Of a stretch of DNA of 20,026 bases, positions 8,792 through 17,074 are shown in pieces. Below the pieces are notes generated by a model. It did not search any database, had not been told where the DNA came from, and saw nothing but the letters and a program-made list of their open reading frames with translations. Source of the stretch: Candidatus Jordarchaeia archaeon (GTDB lineage: Archaea; Asgardarchaeota; Jordiarchaeia; Jordiarchaeales; Jordiarchaeaceae). Every line of letters begins with the position of its first letter. The stretch's first letter is position 1. The position numbers and the translations under genes were made by a program. Location of the stretch: assembly GCA_029856435.1 (NCBI GenBank), contig JAHQXB010000062.1, positions 1-20,026 on the forward strand, in the 5' to 3' direction.

Positions 8792-9652
8792 GTGGTAGAA
8801 ATGAATCTTAACCTTGAAAGATTGATAAATGAGCCAAATCAAATTGGCACATTGGGAATAGAGGAGATTCAACAACTTATTTCTGATGCTGGAGCCCTTT
8901 TGGAGAAGGAGCCCAAACTGGTTACTTTTGACGGGAAAAAAATTTTATTCGTGGGAGACACGCATGGTGACTTGGAATCCACTATTCCCATTGTGAAACG
9001 TTTTCTTGGAGAAGGCTACGATGGTGCAGTTTTTCTCGGCGACTATGTGGACAGAGGGTTGCAACAGATTGAAAATATGAACTACTTGTTAGCCCTCAAA
9101 ATTCTCTACCCCGAAAAAGTGTTGCTCCTCAGAGGGAACCATGAAACTCCTCTGGCAAACCGATACTACGGCTTTTTGAATGCGGTTACAACCAATTTCT
9201 CAGTTCAATTCTATAACTCTTACTCAAAACTGTTCTCTCGTCTACCCTACGCTTGCATGGTTAATGGCGAAATACTTTGCTTACATGGAGGTTTAGCTAA
9301 AGGTCTCAACATAATCAAGCAGATAGAAAATCTGCCCAGCGAGGTCGAAGTCTCAAATCCCGTCCTCTTCCAACTGCTGTGGAACGATCCCCGAGAGAGA
9401 ATAAGGGGTTTTGTTCCCAGTGACCGCGGCGATGGCATATTCTTTTTTGGAAGGGATGTCTACGAAACCTTTGCGAAAAACAACAAAATAAAGTATATGA
9501 TTAGGGCTCATGAGGTTTTCCCAAACGGGTTTCGCTGGTACTTCGATGGCAAAATACTGAGTCTGTTCTCCGCAAATCAGTACACAATCCCGGTGGAAGC
9601 AAAAATAGCCGAACTTACACCCCAGGGAGACTTGAGAGTAATACCCGTTTAG
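8792..9652 (+). CDS. PPP-family Ser/Thr protein phosphatase (PP1-arch-like), 286 aa (alternative start ATG 8801)
   Basis: GDTHG, GDYVDRG, RGNHE, HGG, LLWNDP, RAHE and SLFSA motifs in canonical order. Confidence 0.93.
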   Translation: MVEMNLNLERLINEPNQIGTLGIEEIQQLISDAGALLEKEPKLVTFDGKKILFVGDTHGDLESTIPIVKRFLGEGYDGAVFLGDYVDRGLQQIENMNYLLALKILYPEKVLLLRGNHETPLANRYYGFLNAVTTNFSVQFYNSYSKLFSRLPYACMVNGEILCLHGGLAKGLNIIKQIENLPSEVEVSNPVLFQLLWNDPRERIRGFVPSDRGDGIFFFGRDVYETFAKNNKIKYMIRAHEVFPNGFRWYFDGKILSLFSANQYTIPVEAKIAELTPQGDLRVIPV

Positions 9653-9935
9653 AGCCAGGACAATCGCCCTTCATAACTGGGGAGTTTGTCTCAACTGCTT
9701 AAATGACTGCAAATGCGATTATTGGCACTCCAGGAAAACCCGCTGAGAAATCCGAAAAGCCCAAAGCTGCACCGTTCCTGTAACGCTTTTATGGTGTCCC
9801 TCAGCTTCCCAAAGGCATTATACACCCTGGCCACTGGTTGACCCTTTCTAACAAAATTTCCAAGTTCGATGAGAAATCTGACAATGCCACTAGCAGTGCT
9901 CAGAGGTCGAAGTGAGTACCTGAGAATCCTTCCCC

Positions 9936-10099
9936 GCAGGGACTCCTACGCGTTACCCACAATTGTTGTGGGCAATTTTTTCCCTCTTTTTTATTATACA
10001 TGTGATATTTTTAATCGTGGCAACGGGAAAATATGCAGATTTTGCATAAAATTAAAAAATTACTCATAACACTTATGGGTAATGCGTAGGTAGGGACTC
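9936..10099. repeat. Target-site duplication G(C/T)AGGGACTC (9936-9945, 10090-10099) and terminal inverted repeats (9946-9981, 10054-10089) of the MITE
   Basis: Read directly: 9/10 direct-repeat match and 30/36 inverted-repeat match. Confidence 0.9.
9946..10089. mobile_element. 144-bp MITE (non-autonomous IS derivative)
   Basis: 36-bp imperfect TIRs at 9946-9981 and 10054-10089 (30/36 identical, both starting CTACGC). Flanking 10-bp direct repeat GCAGGGACTC (9936-9945) / GTAGGGACTC (10090-10099). Removing the element and one repeat restores the host frame QILESLRGRILRYS. No internal transposase. Confidence 0.9.
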
Positions 10100-11155
10100 G
10101 AGGATTTGATAGGTGAATTTTTCGTCTATAGGGTTTAATCATTCCCAAATAGTCCAAAATGTTCAGTGTCCCTTTTTACACCGTACTCTACATTTTCTTC
10201 GTTGACCACGTAGGATTCCCCTAGATCCGGTGTTAAAGATGGGATTCTGTGCTGGTTAAAGATGCCGGAAATAGTTTTTCCATATGCTCCCTTTCATAAA
10301 TTCCCTTCTGCTCACTAACGATTAGGGATCCCGTCAACTCACTGAAGAGCTTCGCTTTCTCAAAAGTCTCCTTAACCTCCAAAACTTCTGGTGGATCTGT
10401 TAGAGTGTAGGGGATGGATTTTCTACAATCATTGTGAAGATCCAAAACTAGGGTGGGATCAGTCTCTATTATGTTGGTGAAGATTTTGTCCACTATTCTT
10501 TCTGCTAGGGAACATTTTTTTACCCGGAAAAGAACGGTTCAGATCCTCTTTGCTCAGAGTGATGTGGCGTGAGGCGTTTTCAAAACCAAGAGGATTCATA
10601 AGAGGAGAGGCGTGAACTGAACCCTTCAAAAGAGGCTCTTTACGCAATTTTTTTAAAATTTCCTGAATAACTACTACACTTCCCACCTCATCACTATGAA
10701 CGCAACCAGTCAGCCAAACCACAGGCCCCGGATTAACACTTATTATATCCATTAAAACTAGGCGTCTGATGGATAAATCCGAACTAGTAAGAATCTTAAT
10801 AAACGAATATTTGTTTGTATTTATCACGAAAAACTTTTGGTTTTCATCCTTTGTCTAAAGGGCTTTAACATATGAGTGTTTAGCTCCTAGAAGTCGATCT
10901 GGGTATATGCTTCCTTTCCCTGAAGGGAAGGCTATTTTGGACTCTTTACAGGGTGGAAAAAGTTCGCCAAAAAAGCCTAAATAAGCCTTCCTTCAGAGTT
11001 TGGAGCCCTATTATTCATTATTTGATTACAATAGCTAAATATAAAACGAATATTTACTTTTTTGAGGCGGGTCCTGTTTAAGTCAACCGTCCCTATACTA
11101 CCAATTATAGTTTTAAGCCACCTTTTTTGGAGTTACACTGGTTGGAAGGGTGGAA

Positions 11156-13576
11156 TTACAAGATTATTTCGATTTTTTCTCTTTTTCCTCGGTCAGGGAT
11201 TCTCACTGTTACAATTTGTTGATTCCCAGAATAGCTCCATCCACTACTCTTACTTCTAAGTTCGCCCTCCGGGTAAGCCTCCGTCAAGGCTTCCCCGTTC
11301 CACAGAATTTTTGCCGGTTTTTGTTTTATACCATTGAATCTTATTTCGTAGCTTCTAGGCTTGGGTTTATAGTTGCCCTCCCTTTCTCCTATTTCAAACT
11401 CTATGGCTTTATCGGCTTTGAAGCACGTGTAATTAACTAGCAAGAACTCCCCTTTAGTGTAGTTCAAACTTACGCCGTCATCTTCATAGTACTCCACTTT
11501 TGAGGTTCCCCACGGGTAAACGCTGAGAATTAGGGGGTCTAGAGGTTTCTGATCAGAGTATTGAACCACATCCCGCATGGGAATTATTGCTCCACCCCGA
11601 ACAAAAATGGGGCAAAAGTCCAAAGGGGTATCGACCATTACGGGAAACCCGCCCTCATACTTCTCGTTGGTCCAAAAGTTAAACCATTCCCCCTCAGGAA
11701 GGTAAACTACACAGGTCTTATTGTTCTCATAGACCGCTGGAGCGATGAGTAGCCAGTCTCCAAACATGAACTGTCTTTCACCTACGTATCCGTCTGGTGA
11801 GCCGCTCAAAACTACGGGGTCCTTTGGAAATTCTACGAACATGGCCCGCATAACGGGTACGCCGGTTTTATGTGCTTGGTAGAAGCAGTTGTAAATGTAG
11901 GGGAGCAGCTGGTAGCGTAGTTCAATGTATTTGCGGCTAATTTCTTCCACTTCGCTTCCGAAGGACCAAGGCTCTTGATCAGGAGTACCAATCATAGTGT
12001 GAGTTCTGCAGAAGGGGTAAAAGACACCCAACTGTATCCAACGAGCATAAAGTTCGGGGGAAGGGCTTCTCCTGAAGCCTCCAATGTCAACACCCACGAA
12101 GGGTTCTCCAGAGATTCCAATGTTTAAACACATGGGTATACTTAGGCGGAGATGCTCCCAGCTACTCTCATTGTCCCCCGTCCACACCGCGGCGTAACGC
12201 TGAATTCCCGAGAAGGCAGCTCTAGACAGGATGAATGGGCGGGTATTGGGCCTTAAGCGGAGCAAGCCCTCATAGATGGCTCGTGCCATCTCTAAGCCAT
12301 ATACGTTGTGGAATTCCCTGTGATCAGTTATTTCTCCGTCGATTTCGTGGACAACATCTAAAGGTAGTGTTCTTTTCATGCCCGCCAGTGAGGGTTCAGC
12401 CATGTCTGCCCAGATGCCGTCCACACCCACATCTAAATAGTCCTTGTAGAGGTTTCCCCACCATTCCCGTGTACTGGATTTGGCGAAGTCTGGAAAGTAG
12501 CACTCCGGAGGCCACTGTGGGCCTACGAAGAGTTTTCCGTCTGGAAGACGAACAAAATGGTTTCCTGCCACACCTTGGTCGCAAACATGGTATCCCCTAT
12601 CAACTTTTATTCCGGGAAAATTGCTCACCACAACTCTGAATCCCTGTTTGTGAAGGTCGGAAATCAGCTTCTCCGGTTCAGGGAACCTATTTCTGTTCCA
12701 GGTGAATAATCGAAACTCATCTGTATAATCTAAATCTAGCCAGATGACGTCGCAGGGAATTTTCCGTTTCCTAAACTCCTCCGCTATTTGGCGAACTCTA
12801 CTTTCTGGATAATAACTCCAGCGGCACTGATGATAACCCAAAGACCAAAGGGGAGGAAGAGGCATCCTACCCGTTAACTCCGTGTAGAGAGAAATAACCC
12901 TCTTAGGCTCAGGACCATAAATGAAGTAGTAGTCCAGGGAGCCACCACTGGCTCCGAATGAATAGTAATCTGCAGACTCCTTTCCCATGTCAAAAGATGA
13001 ACGATAAGTGTTATCAAAAAAGATGCCGTAACACCTCCCCTCTCTCAGCGCCAGGAAAAATGGGTAGGACTCGTAGAGAGGGTCGGTGGGTGTGTAATGA
13101 AAAATGTCATCCGTGTTCCACATGGTGAGCGCCTGGTCACGCTTATCGAGAGGCCCAGCCTTTTCTCCAAAGCCAAAGTAGTGCTCCCCCTCAGGCATCT
13201 CCTTCCAGCATCTAACCTGTTCTCCGTCCCAGCCCATACCCTTAGCAAAGTCATCACGGTTAATTAGCCACCCATCAGGTGTGTAGAACTCCAACCTGCA
13301 GGGATCCTTAACAATCCGCAAAACCAAATCCTCAGTGGAAATCTCAAGAAAATTGGGCTTCTCACTAAACTCAAACTTGGGAATAGGATACTCTCTACTA
13401 ATAATGGCCCAAGACTCCCTAACAACCTGATTAGGCGTTATGAGACAAACCCTAACAACGCTTGGTTTTATAATTGTGATTTCAACTCCCAGTTCTCCAC
13501 AATCAACCCTTAAAACGTTCCCTTTTAGATTATAGTTTTGCACCGGGCCAATCGATACCCATTGCCTTCTCACCAT
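11156..13576 (-). CDS. Glycoside hydrolase family 31 (alpha-glucosidase II-like architecture, substrate uncertain), 806 aa
   Basis: YFGFGEK, WSLGYHQCRWSY, WLDLDY, nucleophile motif WADMAEP, acid/base WTGD, GVDIGGF, FCRTH, QFMFGD, YLPEGEW, YEDDG. SD GGGGTGA on the minus strand at 13583-13589. Confidence 0.95.
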   Translation of the reverse strand: MVRRQWVSIGPVQNYNLKGNVLRVDCGELGVEITIIKPSVVRVCLITPNQVVRESWAIISREYPIPKFEFSEKPNFLEISTEDLVLRIVKDPCRLEFYTPDGWLINRDDFAKGMGWDGEQVRCWKEMPEGEHYFGFGEKAGPLDKRDQALTMWNTDDIFHYTPTDPLYESYPFFLALREGRCYGIFFDNTYRSSFDMGKESADYYSFGASGGSLDYYFIYGPEPKRVISLYTELTGRMPLPPLWSLGYHQCRWSYYPESRVRQIAEEFRKRKIPCDVIWLDLDYTDEFRLFTWNRNRFPEPEKLISDLHKQGFRVVVSNFPGIKVDRGYHVCDQGVAGNHFVRLPDGKLFVGPQWPPECYFPDFAKSSTREWWGNLYKDYLDVGVDGIWADMAEPSLAGMKRTLPLDVVHEIDGEITDHREFHNVYGLEMARAIYEGLLRLRPNTRPFILSRAAFSGIQRYAAVWTGDNESSWEHLRLSIPMCLNIGISGEPFVGVDIGGFRRSPSPELYARWIQLGVFYPFCRTHTMIGTPDQEPWSFGSEVEEISRKYIELRYQLLPYIYNCFYQAHKTGVPVMRAMFVEFPKDPVVLSGSPDGYVGERQFMFGDWLLIAPAVYENNKTCVVYLPEGEWFNFWTNEKYEGGFPVMVDTPLDFCPIFVRGGAIIPMRDVVQYSDQKPLDPLILSVYPWGTSKVEYYEDDGVSLNYTKGEFLLVNYTCFKADKAIEFEIGEREGNYKPKPRSYEIRFNGIKQKPAKILWNGEALTEAYPEGELRSKSSGWSYSGNQQIVTVRIPDRGKREKIEIIL

Positions 13577-13768
13577 ACTTCTTCACCCCGGCGAATAATT
13601 TGAAGCCGCCCATGTTAATAAACATACAAGCTTATTTAAAATAAGTTACGCTGCCCAAAAACTATTTCATGAATTGGAATGGACAAGTTAAAAAACGACT
13701 TCGAGTGGTCCTAATAACCTTTTTAGTTTCTTGGTTCGATGTAGGGCCTCCTCAAAAATTGGGAGGTT

Positions 13769-13788
13769 AAAAAAGGATGAAAAAGGGG
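13769..13788 (-). terminator. T-tract terminator candidate after the zinc-finger operon
   Basis: Minus strand CCCCTTTTTCATCCTTTTTT 14 nt after the stop at 13803. Confidence 0.4.
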
Positions 13789-13802
13789 ATGTGAGTTTGA
13801 AG

Positions 13803-15503
13803 CTAGATTGCTTGTAGGAAGAGGCGCATTTCGTCAACTAGTTTTTGTCTGTGGGGTAGTTGCTCAAGGTTGAATTGTTCTCCGAGCAGTTCTGACTTCC
13901 TTTCTCCTACAATGTAGGGTAAGTATATGAGTTCTTCTGTTTTTGGCACTATTGCCTTCACTTTTCCGGGGTCGAATCCTTTATTTCCATAGGAGCTTGG
14001 TAATCGGAGTGCTTTCCCTGTTTCTCTTATGAGGAGTTCTCTCTCCTCTCTGAATATGAAGGCTTGGAGGTACAAGTTTTGGGCGTCGGTTGGGGTGACT
14101 GTGGGAGGAAGTATTACCATGTTTTTTTTGGGGGATGTGGGTCTGAGTTGCGATAGTTCCTCGATTTTTTTCCCTAAATTGGTGTTTATCGCTTTGCCGA
14201 AGCCCGGGGTTAAGACTGAAGGGTAATCTGCTTCTAGGAAGAGCTGATCACTGAGGTTAAAGGCTGCGTCGCACAGGCCGTAGAAGGCATTTTCCACCCC
14301 CTTTTTCCAGAGGAGCATTCCCTTCTTTAGTATGGTCGCCACTCTCACGAGGTAGAAGGGGTAAAGATAGATTTCAAAAGATCCCTTAATGTTTTTGGCA
14401 GCCCATGTTTCAACTTCGTCGAGTCTGTATACCTTAACGCTTCGCTTTGTGAGCACTGTTTTGAGATTTTCCATGAACCAGCTAACCTTACTTAACTCTA
14501 GGGTACCCGTAAACCAAGTCATATCAAGGACATCAGGCACCCTTTCTAGCACTCTTTCGTCGGGTCTTAGGATGACGTTCCTCACAATTCTCCTTAGGGA
14601 CTCCATAAAATCGTTGAAGGGCTTCTTTGAAAGAGTGTAAAGGGAAAGAATCGAGGAGAACGTTGAGTATGATTCGAGGTCTCTTTTAAGTCCTTCCTCC
14701 ACCAGTACTCGGTCAATTCTGGGGGCTTCCTTAAGTTCTTTTAGGCGGTTCTTGAGGCTCTCTAGAGTATCATACAATTCTTGGAGGAATTCTTCTGGAA
14801 TGCTGTCTTTCTCAGCAATTTTTTGGGCAAGTTCACTTAGGTATTTGGAGCTGAGCTTGAATCTTTCAGCCAGAATTTCATAGTAGATTTTCTTGTCACC
14901 TTCAACAAAGTTCTTGATTTCCTCAATTTTTTCCACGATTCTATCGCAGCTCTTCGTCGCCATCACATAGTTTTCGGCACTGTCACTCTTCACAAGACTT
15001 AGTGTGTTCAGCAATAGAGGAATGGTCCAAGATCGAAACTCAAGCGACTTGAGTTTCTCCTTCAAATCGGGAGTTGTGGCGAAGCTTGTAACGTTTGGTA
15101 GGGAGAGCTTATAGGCAAGTTCCTGGAGGGGTTTACCCATGTTGGTTTTCCACTCAAAGTCCAGCTTCAGGTGGGGAAGTGTGTCGTAGAATGAGGCGTA
15201 AAGTATTGGGAATTCCAAGGGCTCAACAAAATCTCCCACAACGTTTGTAAACTCAACAGCGAGGCTTGGAAATATTCTGTCCGCAAAATATCTGGCTCTC
15301 ATTGCTGTGTCAATTCCTTCGCCCCCCACAGCACCCACGCTGCTCAGCCATCTAGCAATATCATTCATGAATTTGCGCATTTCATCCTCAATAGTTGAAA
15401 TCTCATTAACAACGCCACAGTAAACACACTTTAATAACTCTTCCTTCTTGGTAACGCTAAGTGGAGCACCACAATTCTTACACATATAGTACTTTATTGA
15501 CAT
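13803..15503 (-). CDS. Hypothetical protein with N-terminal Cys4 zinc ribbon, long helical middle and alpha/beta C-terminal region, 566 aa
   Basis: CKNCG-x13-CVYCG at the N-terminus, long ORF, SD GGAGG (minus strand 15511-15515). No catalytic motif recognised and no obvious TM segment. Confidence 0.85.
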   Translation of the reverse strand: MSIKYYMCKNCGAPLSVTKKEELLKCVYCGVVNEISTIEDEMRKFMNDIARWLSSVGAVGGEGIDTAMRARYFADRIFPSLAVEFTNVVGDFVEPLEFPILYASFYDTLPHLKLDFEWKTNMGKPLQELAYKLSLPNVTSFATTPDLKEKLKSLEFRSWTIPLLLNTLSLVKSDSAENYVMATKSCDRIVEKIEEIKNFVEGDKKIYYEILAERFKLSSKYLSELAQKIAEKDSIPEEFLQELYDTLESLKNRLKELKEAPRIDRVLVEEGLKRDLESYSTFSSILSLYTLSKKPFNDFMESLRRIVRNVILRPDERVLERVPDVLDMTWFTGTLELSKVSWFMENLKTVLTKRSVKVYRLDEVETWAAKNIKGSFEIYLYPFYLVRVATILKKGMLLWKKGVENAFYGLCDAAFNLSDQLFLEADYPSVLTPGFGKAINTNLGKKIEELSQLRPTSPKKNMVILPPTVTPTDAQNLYLQAFIFREERELLIRETGKALRLPSSYGNKGFDPGKVKAIVPKTEELIYLPYIVGERKSELLGEQFNLEQLPHRQKLVDEMRLFLQAI

Positions 15504-15515
15504 TTCACTTCCTCC

Positions 15516-16478
15516 TTAATATCTTCTTACTGCCGCTTCAAGCTGTCTGATTCTCGCTTCGAGTGCCGCTATAGCTTGCATTGCAATATTGTGGTATCCT
15601 CTGGCAATTCTGTCCGCCTCGTAGAATATTGCGCTGTAGCAAGGATTGCAAAGTGCTATTCTTGAAACTCCATCTATAACTCTCATGTCCTCGTTTCTCT
15701 GCCTTAGGAGGTTCTCAAAGTAGGATCCGACATCAGCCTTCACAATTTTGAAGTGGTCTGCGCTCTGAATCTCCCTGCCACACATCCAGCATTTTCTTGT
15801 GGCTCTTAGTTCCTGAATTCTATTATTAACGCTCTTCGCAACATCATATAGTCTAGCTGCTCTGTAGGCCCTAGCGGCTACTATAAGGTTCTCAGTCGCC
15901 TTTGGTGGTTCAACTTCCATAAATTGCCTTGCTTTAATAAACTCAATATGCCCCTCACATTCTAGGGCGGCGTTATTTCCCGTGGTTCTCCTCTTAAGGC
16001 AGGAAACGTACCTTGAGAATATGAGGGGGGCATCACCTATTTCTAAAAAGTGGTCGTAAGCTGCTTCAAGGAGCTTCACAGCATCCACAGCATTTGTAGA
16101 CATCAGACCTAAGCTCATGTAGAGTATTCCTCTGACTTCCGTGAGGAGCTTTGCGGTGTCAAACTCGCCAAAGAGTCCACCAGGCATGTACGCCGTGACC
16201 TTCATGGGTGGAAGCTTACTGGCGTTCTCTAAGAATTTTCTGAGAGAACCTGTTTCAAGCAAATCCTTCTTATCTTTCACGTCTTGGTTACAAGGATAGA
16301 GGTAGGATAATAGTAAAGCCTCCTGAGCCTCTTTCTCCCACCCAAGGTTCATACATAATTCAACAGCATCAGCATACTTCTTGGCAGCTTTGCCAAAATC
16401 CCCTATACGTGCAGTATTTTCGGCGTCTTCAAGTTTACTTTCACATCGCTCAATATCCTTAGAGCTCAAACGAATCAC
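15516..16478 (-). CDS. Hypothetical TPR/SNAP-like helical-repeat protein with C-terminal Cys4 zinc finger and short coiled-coil tail, 320 aa (alternative start TTG 16469)
   Basis: Ala-rich helix pairs (DFGKAAKKYADAVEL, AVKLLEAAYDHF, ATENLIVAARAYRAA), CWMC...CNPC, tail IAALEARIRQLE. Its stop is 12 nt from the next start. GTG 16478 lies inside an SD-like AGGTGA, so TTG 16469 may be the real start. Confidence 0.85.
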   Translation of the reverse strand: MIRLSSKDIERCESKLEDAENTARIGDFGKAAKKYADAVELCMNLGWEKEAQEALLLSYLYPCNQDVKDKKDLLETGSLRKFLENASKLPPMKVTAYMPGGLFGEFDTAKLLTEVRGILYMSLGLMSTNAVDAVKLLEAAYDHFLEIGDAPLIFSRYVSCLKRRTTGNNAALECEGHIEFIKARQFMEVEPPKATENLIVAARAYRAARLYDVAKSVNNRIQELRATRKCWMCGREIQSADHFKIVKADVGSYFENLLRQRNEDMRVIDGVSRIALCNPCYSAIFYEADRIARGYHNIAMQAIAALEARIRQLEAAVRRY

Positions 16479-16599
16479 CTTTTAATCCTTCATTAAGTGG
16501 AATCCAAAAGAAAGGCAATACTAAATTGATGAGAACATATTTTTTCGGTCGCTTGTCTTTAACTCTTATATTTACTACATATTTTTACTTTTTTCCCTT

Positions 16600-16960
16600 C
16601 TTATATTCCTTCTTGAAACCCCTTTTTTGCGGGTTTGGGAATCCTTTAAATGGGATTGCGTAGCGTCCCATCATCATACTTCCAGCTTTTGGGAGAATAA
16701 ATATGCCGGGCCGGTGAAAAAGCAAAAGCAACTCCAAACCATTTTTGAGAAAAGCACAATCGCCCAAATAGCTCCGCAGAATCTGCGAAATATCGGTTGA
16801 AATGCATTGTCTCCACATCATATTTTAACGCTCTATTATGTTCATATTTGCTGTGGCAAAGTCCAAATTTCATGTATCTTCAACAGGTACTGAATACGTT
16901 TCGTCTCAAGTAGCATATTTTTCTCATACTGCCAATCAAAATGCCTTAGTTGACTTTTTG
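16600..16960 (-). pseudogene. Degraded transposase fragment, probably the C-terminal part of an IS1380-like transposase
   Basis: Pieces across three frames read QLRHFDWQYE / PVEDT*NLDFATANM / EHNRALKYD / YFADSAEL / RHIYSPKSWK...GTLRNPI*RIP. They follow the order I recall for IS1380 transposases (QL.LF..Y, P.E.W..Y..RAN.EN.IKELK, F.AN.A, LPK.W...TLR..LF.IP). No TIRs found. Confidence 0.42.
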
Positions 16961-16986
16961 TGGTTGAGTCACAATTAAAAGTCAAC
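16949..16986. repeat. Inverted repeat / stem-loop in the divergent intergenic region
   Basis: Perfect 10-bp arms GTTGACTTTT (16949-16958) / AAAAGTCAAC (16977-16986), with inner TGTG (16959-16962) / CACA (16970-16973). Confidence 0.7.
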
Positions 16987-17074
16987 CTGTATCTTTGAGG
17001 AGAGCAACATGTTTAATATTACCAAATGCTTTAACTAACTTAGGCAACACTCAACGCAGACGAGGAAGATATAA

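Larger units (their letters stand above)
9699..10827 (-). pseudogene. Succinylglutamate desuccinylase/aspartoacylase (M14-like) family pseudogene with about 5 frameshifts and a MITE insertion
   Basis: Joining minus-strand frames by eye gives PGPVVWLTGCVHSDEVG...MNPLGF...DLNRSFPG / SLAERIVDKIF...LVLDLHND / PSLTPDLGESYVVNEENVEYGVK / GTLNILDYLGMI / IDEKFTYQILES [MITE] LRGRILRYS...SGIVRF...GQPVARVYNAFGK / GFSDFSAGFPGVPIIAFAVI*. Frame changes fall near 10515, 10285, 10175, 10130 and 9775. Confidence 0.88.

Noticed and set aside
10922-10995. Loose inverted repeat GAAGGGAAGGCTATTTTGG ... CCTAAATAAGCCTTCCTTC upstream of the pseudogene
   Set aside because: It needs gaps and mismatches and has no target duplication, so it is too weak to call.
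13624-13630. ATACAAG upstream of the GH31 gene matches the first 7 nt of the predicted TnpB guide
   Set aside because: A 7-nt match is expected about twice by chance in 40 kb of two-strand sequence, and the TAM is unknown.
16650-16663. ATGGGATTGCGTAG resembles the MITE TIR end ATGGGTAATGCGTAG
   Set aside because: The match needs a gap, no partner TIR or target duplication was found, and the bases are explained as the GTLRNP codons of the transposase relic.
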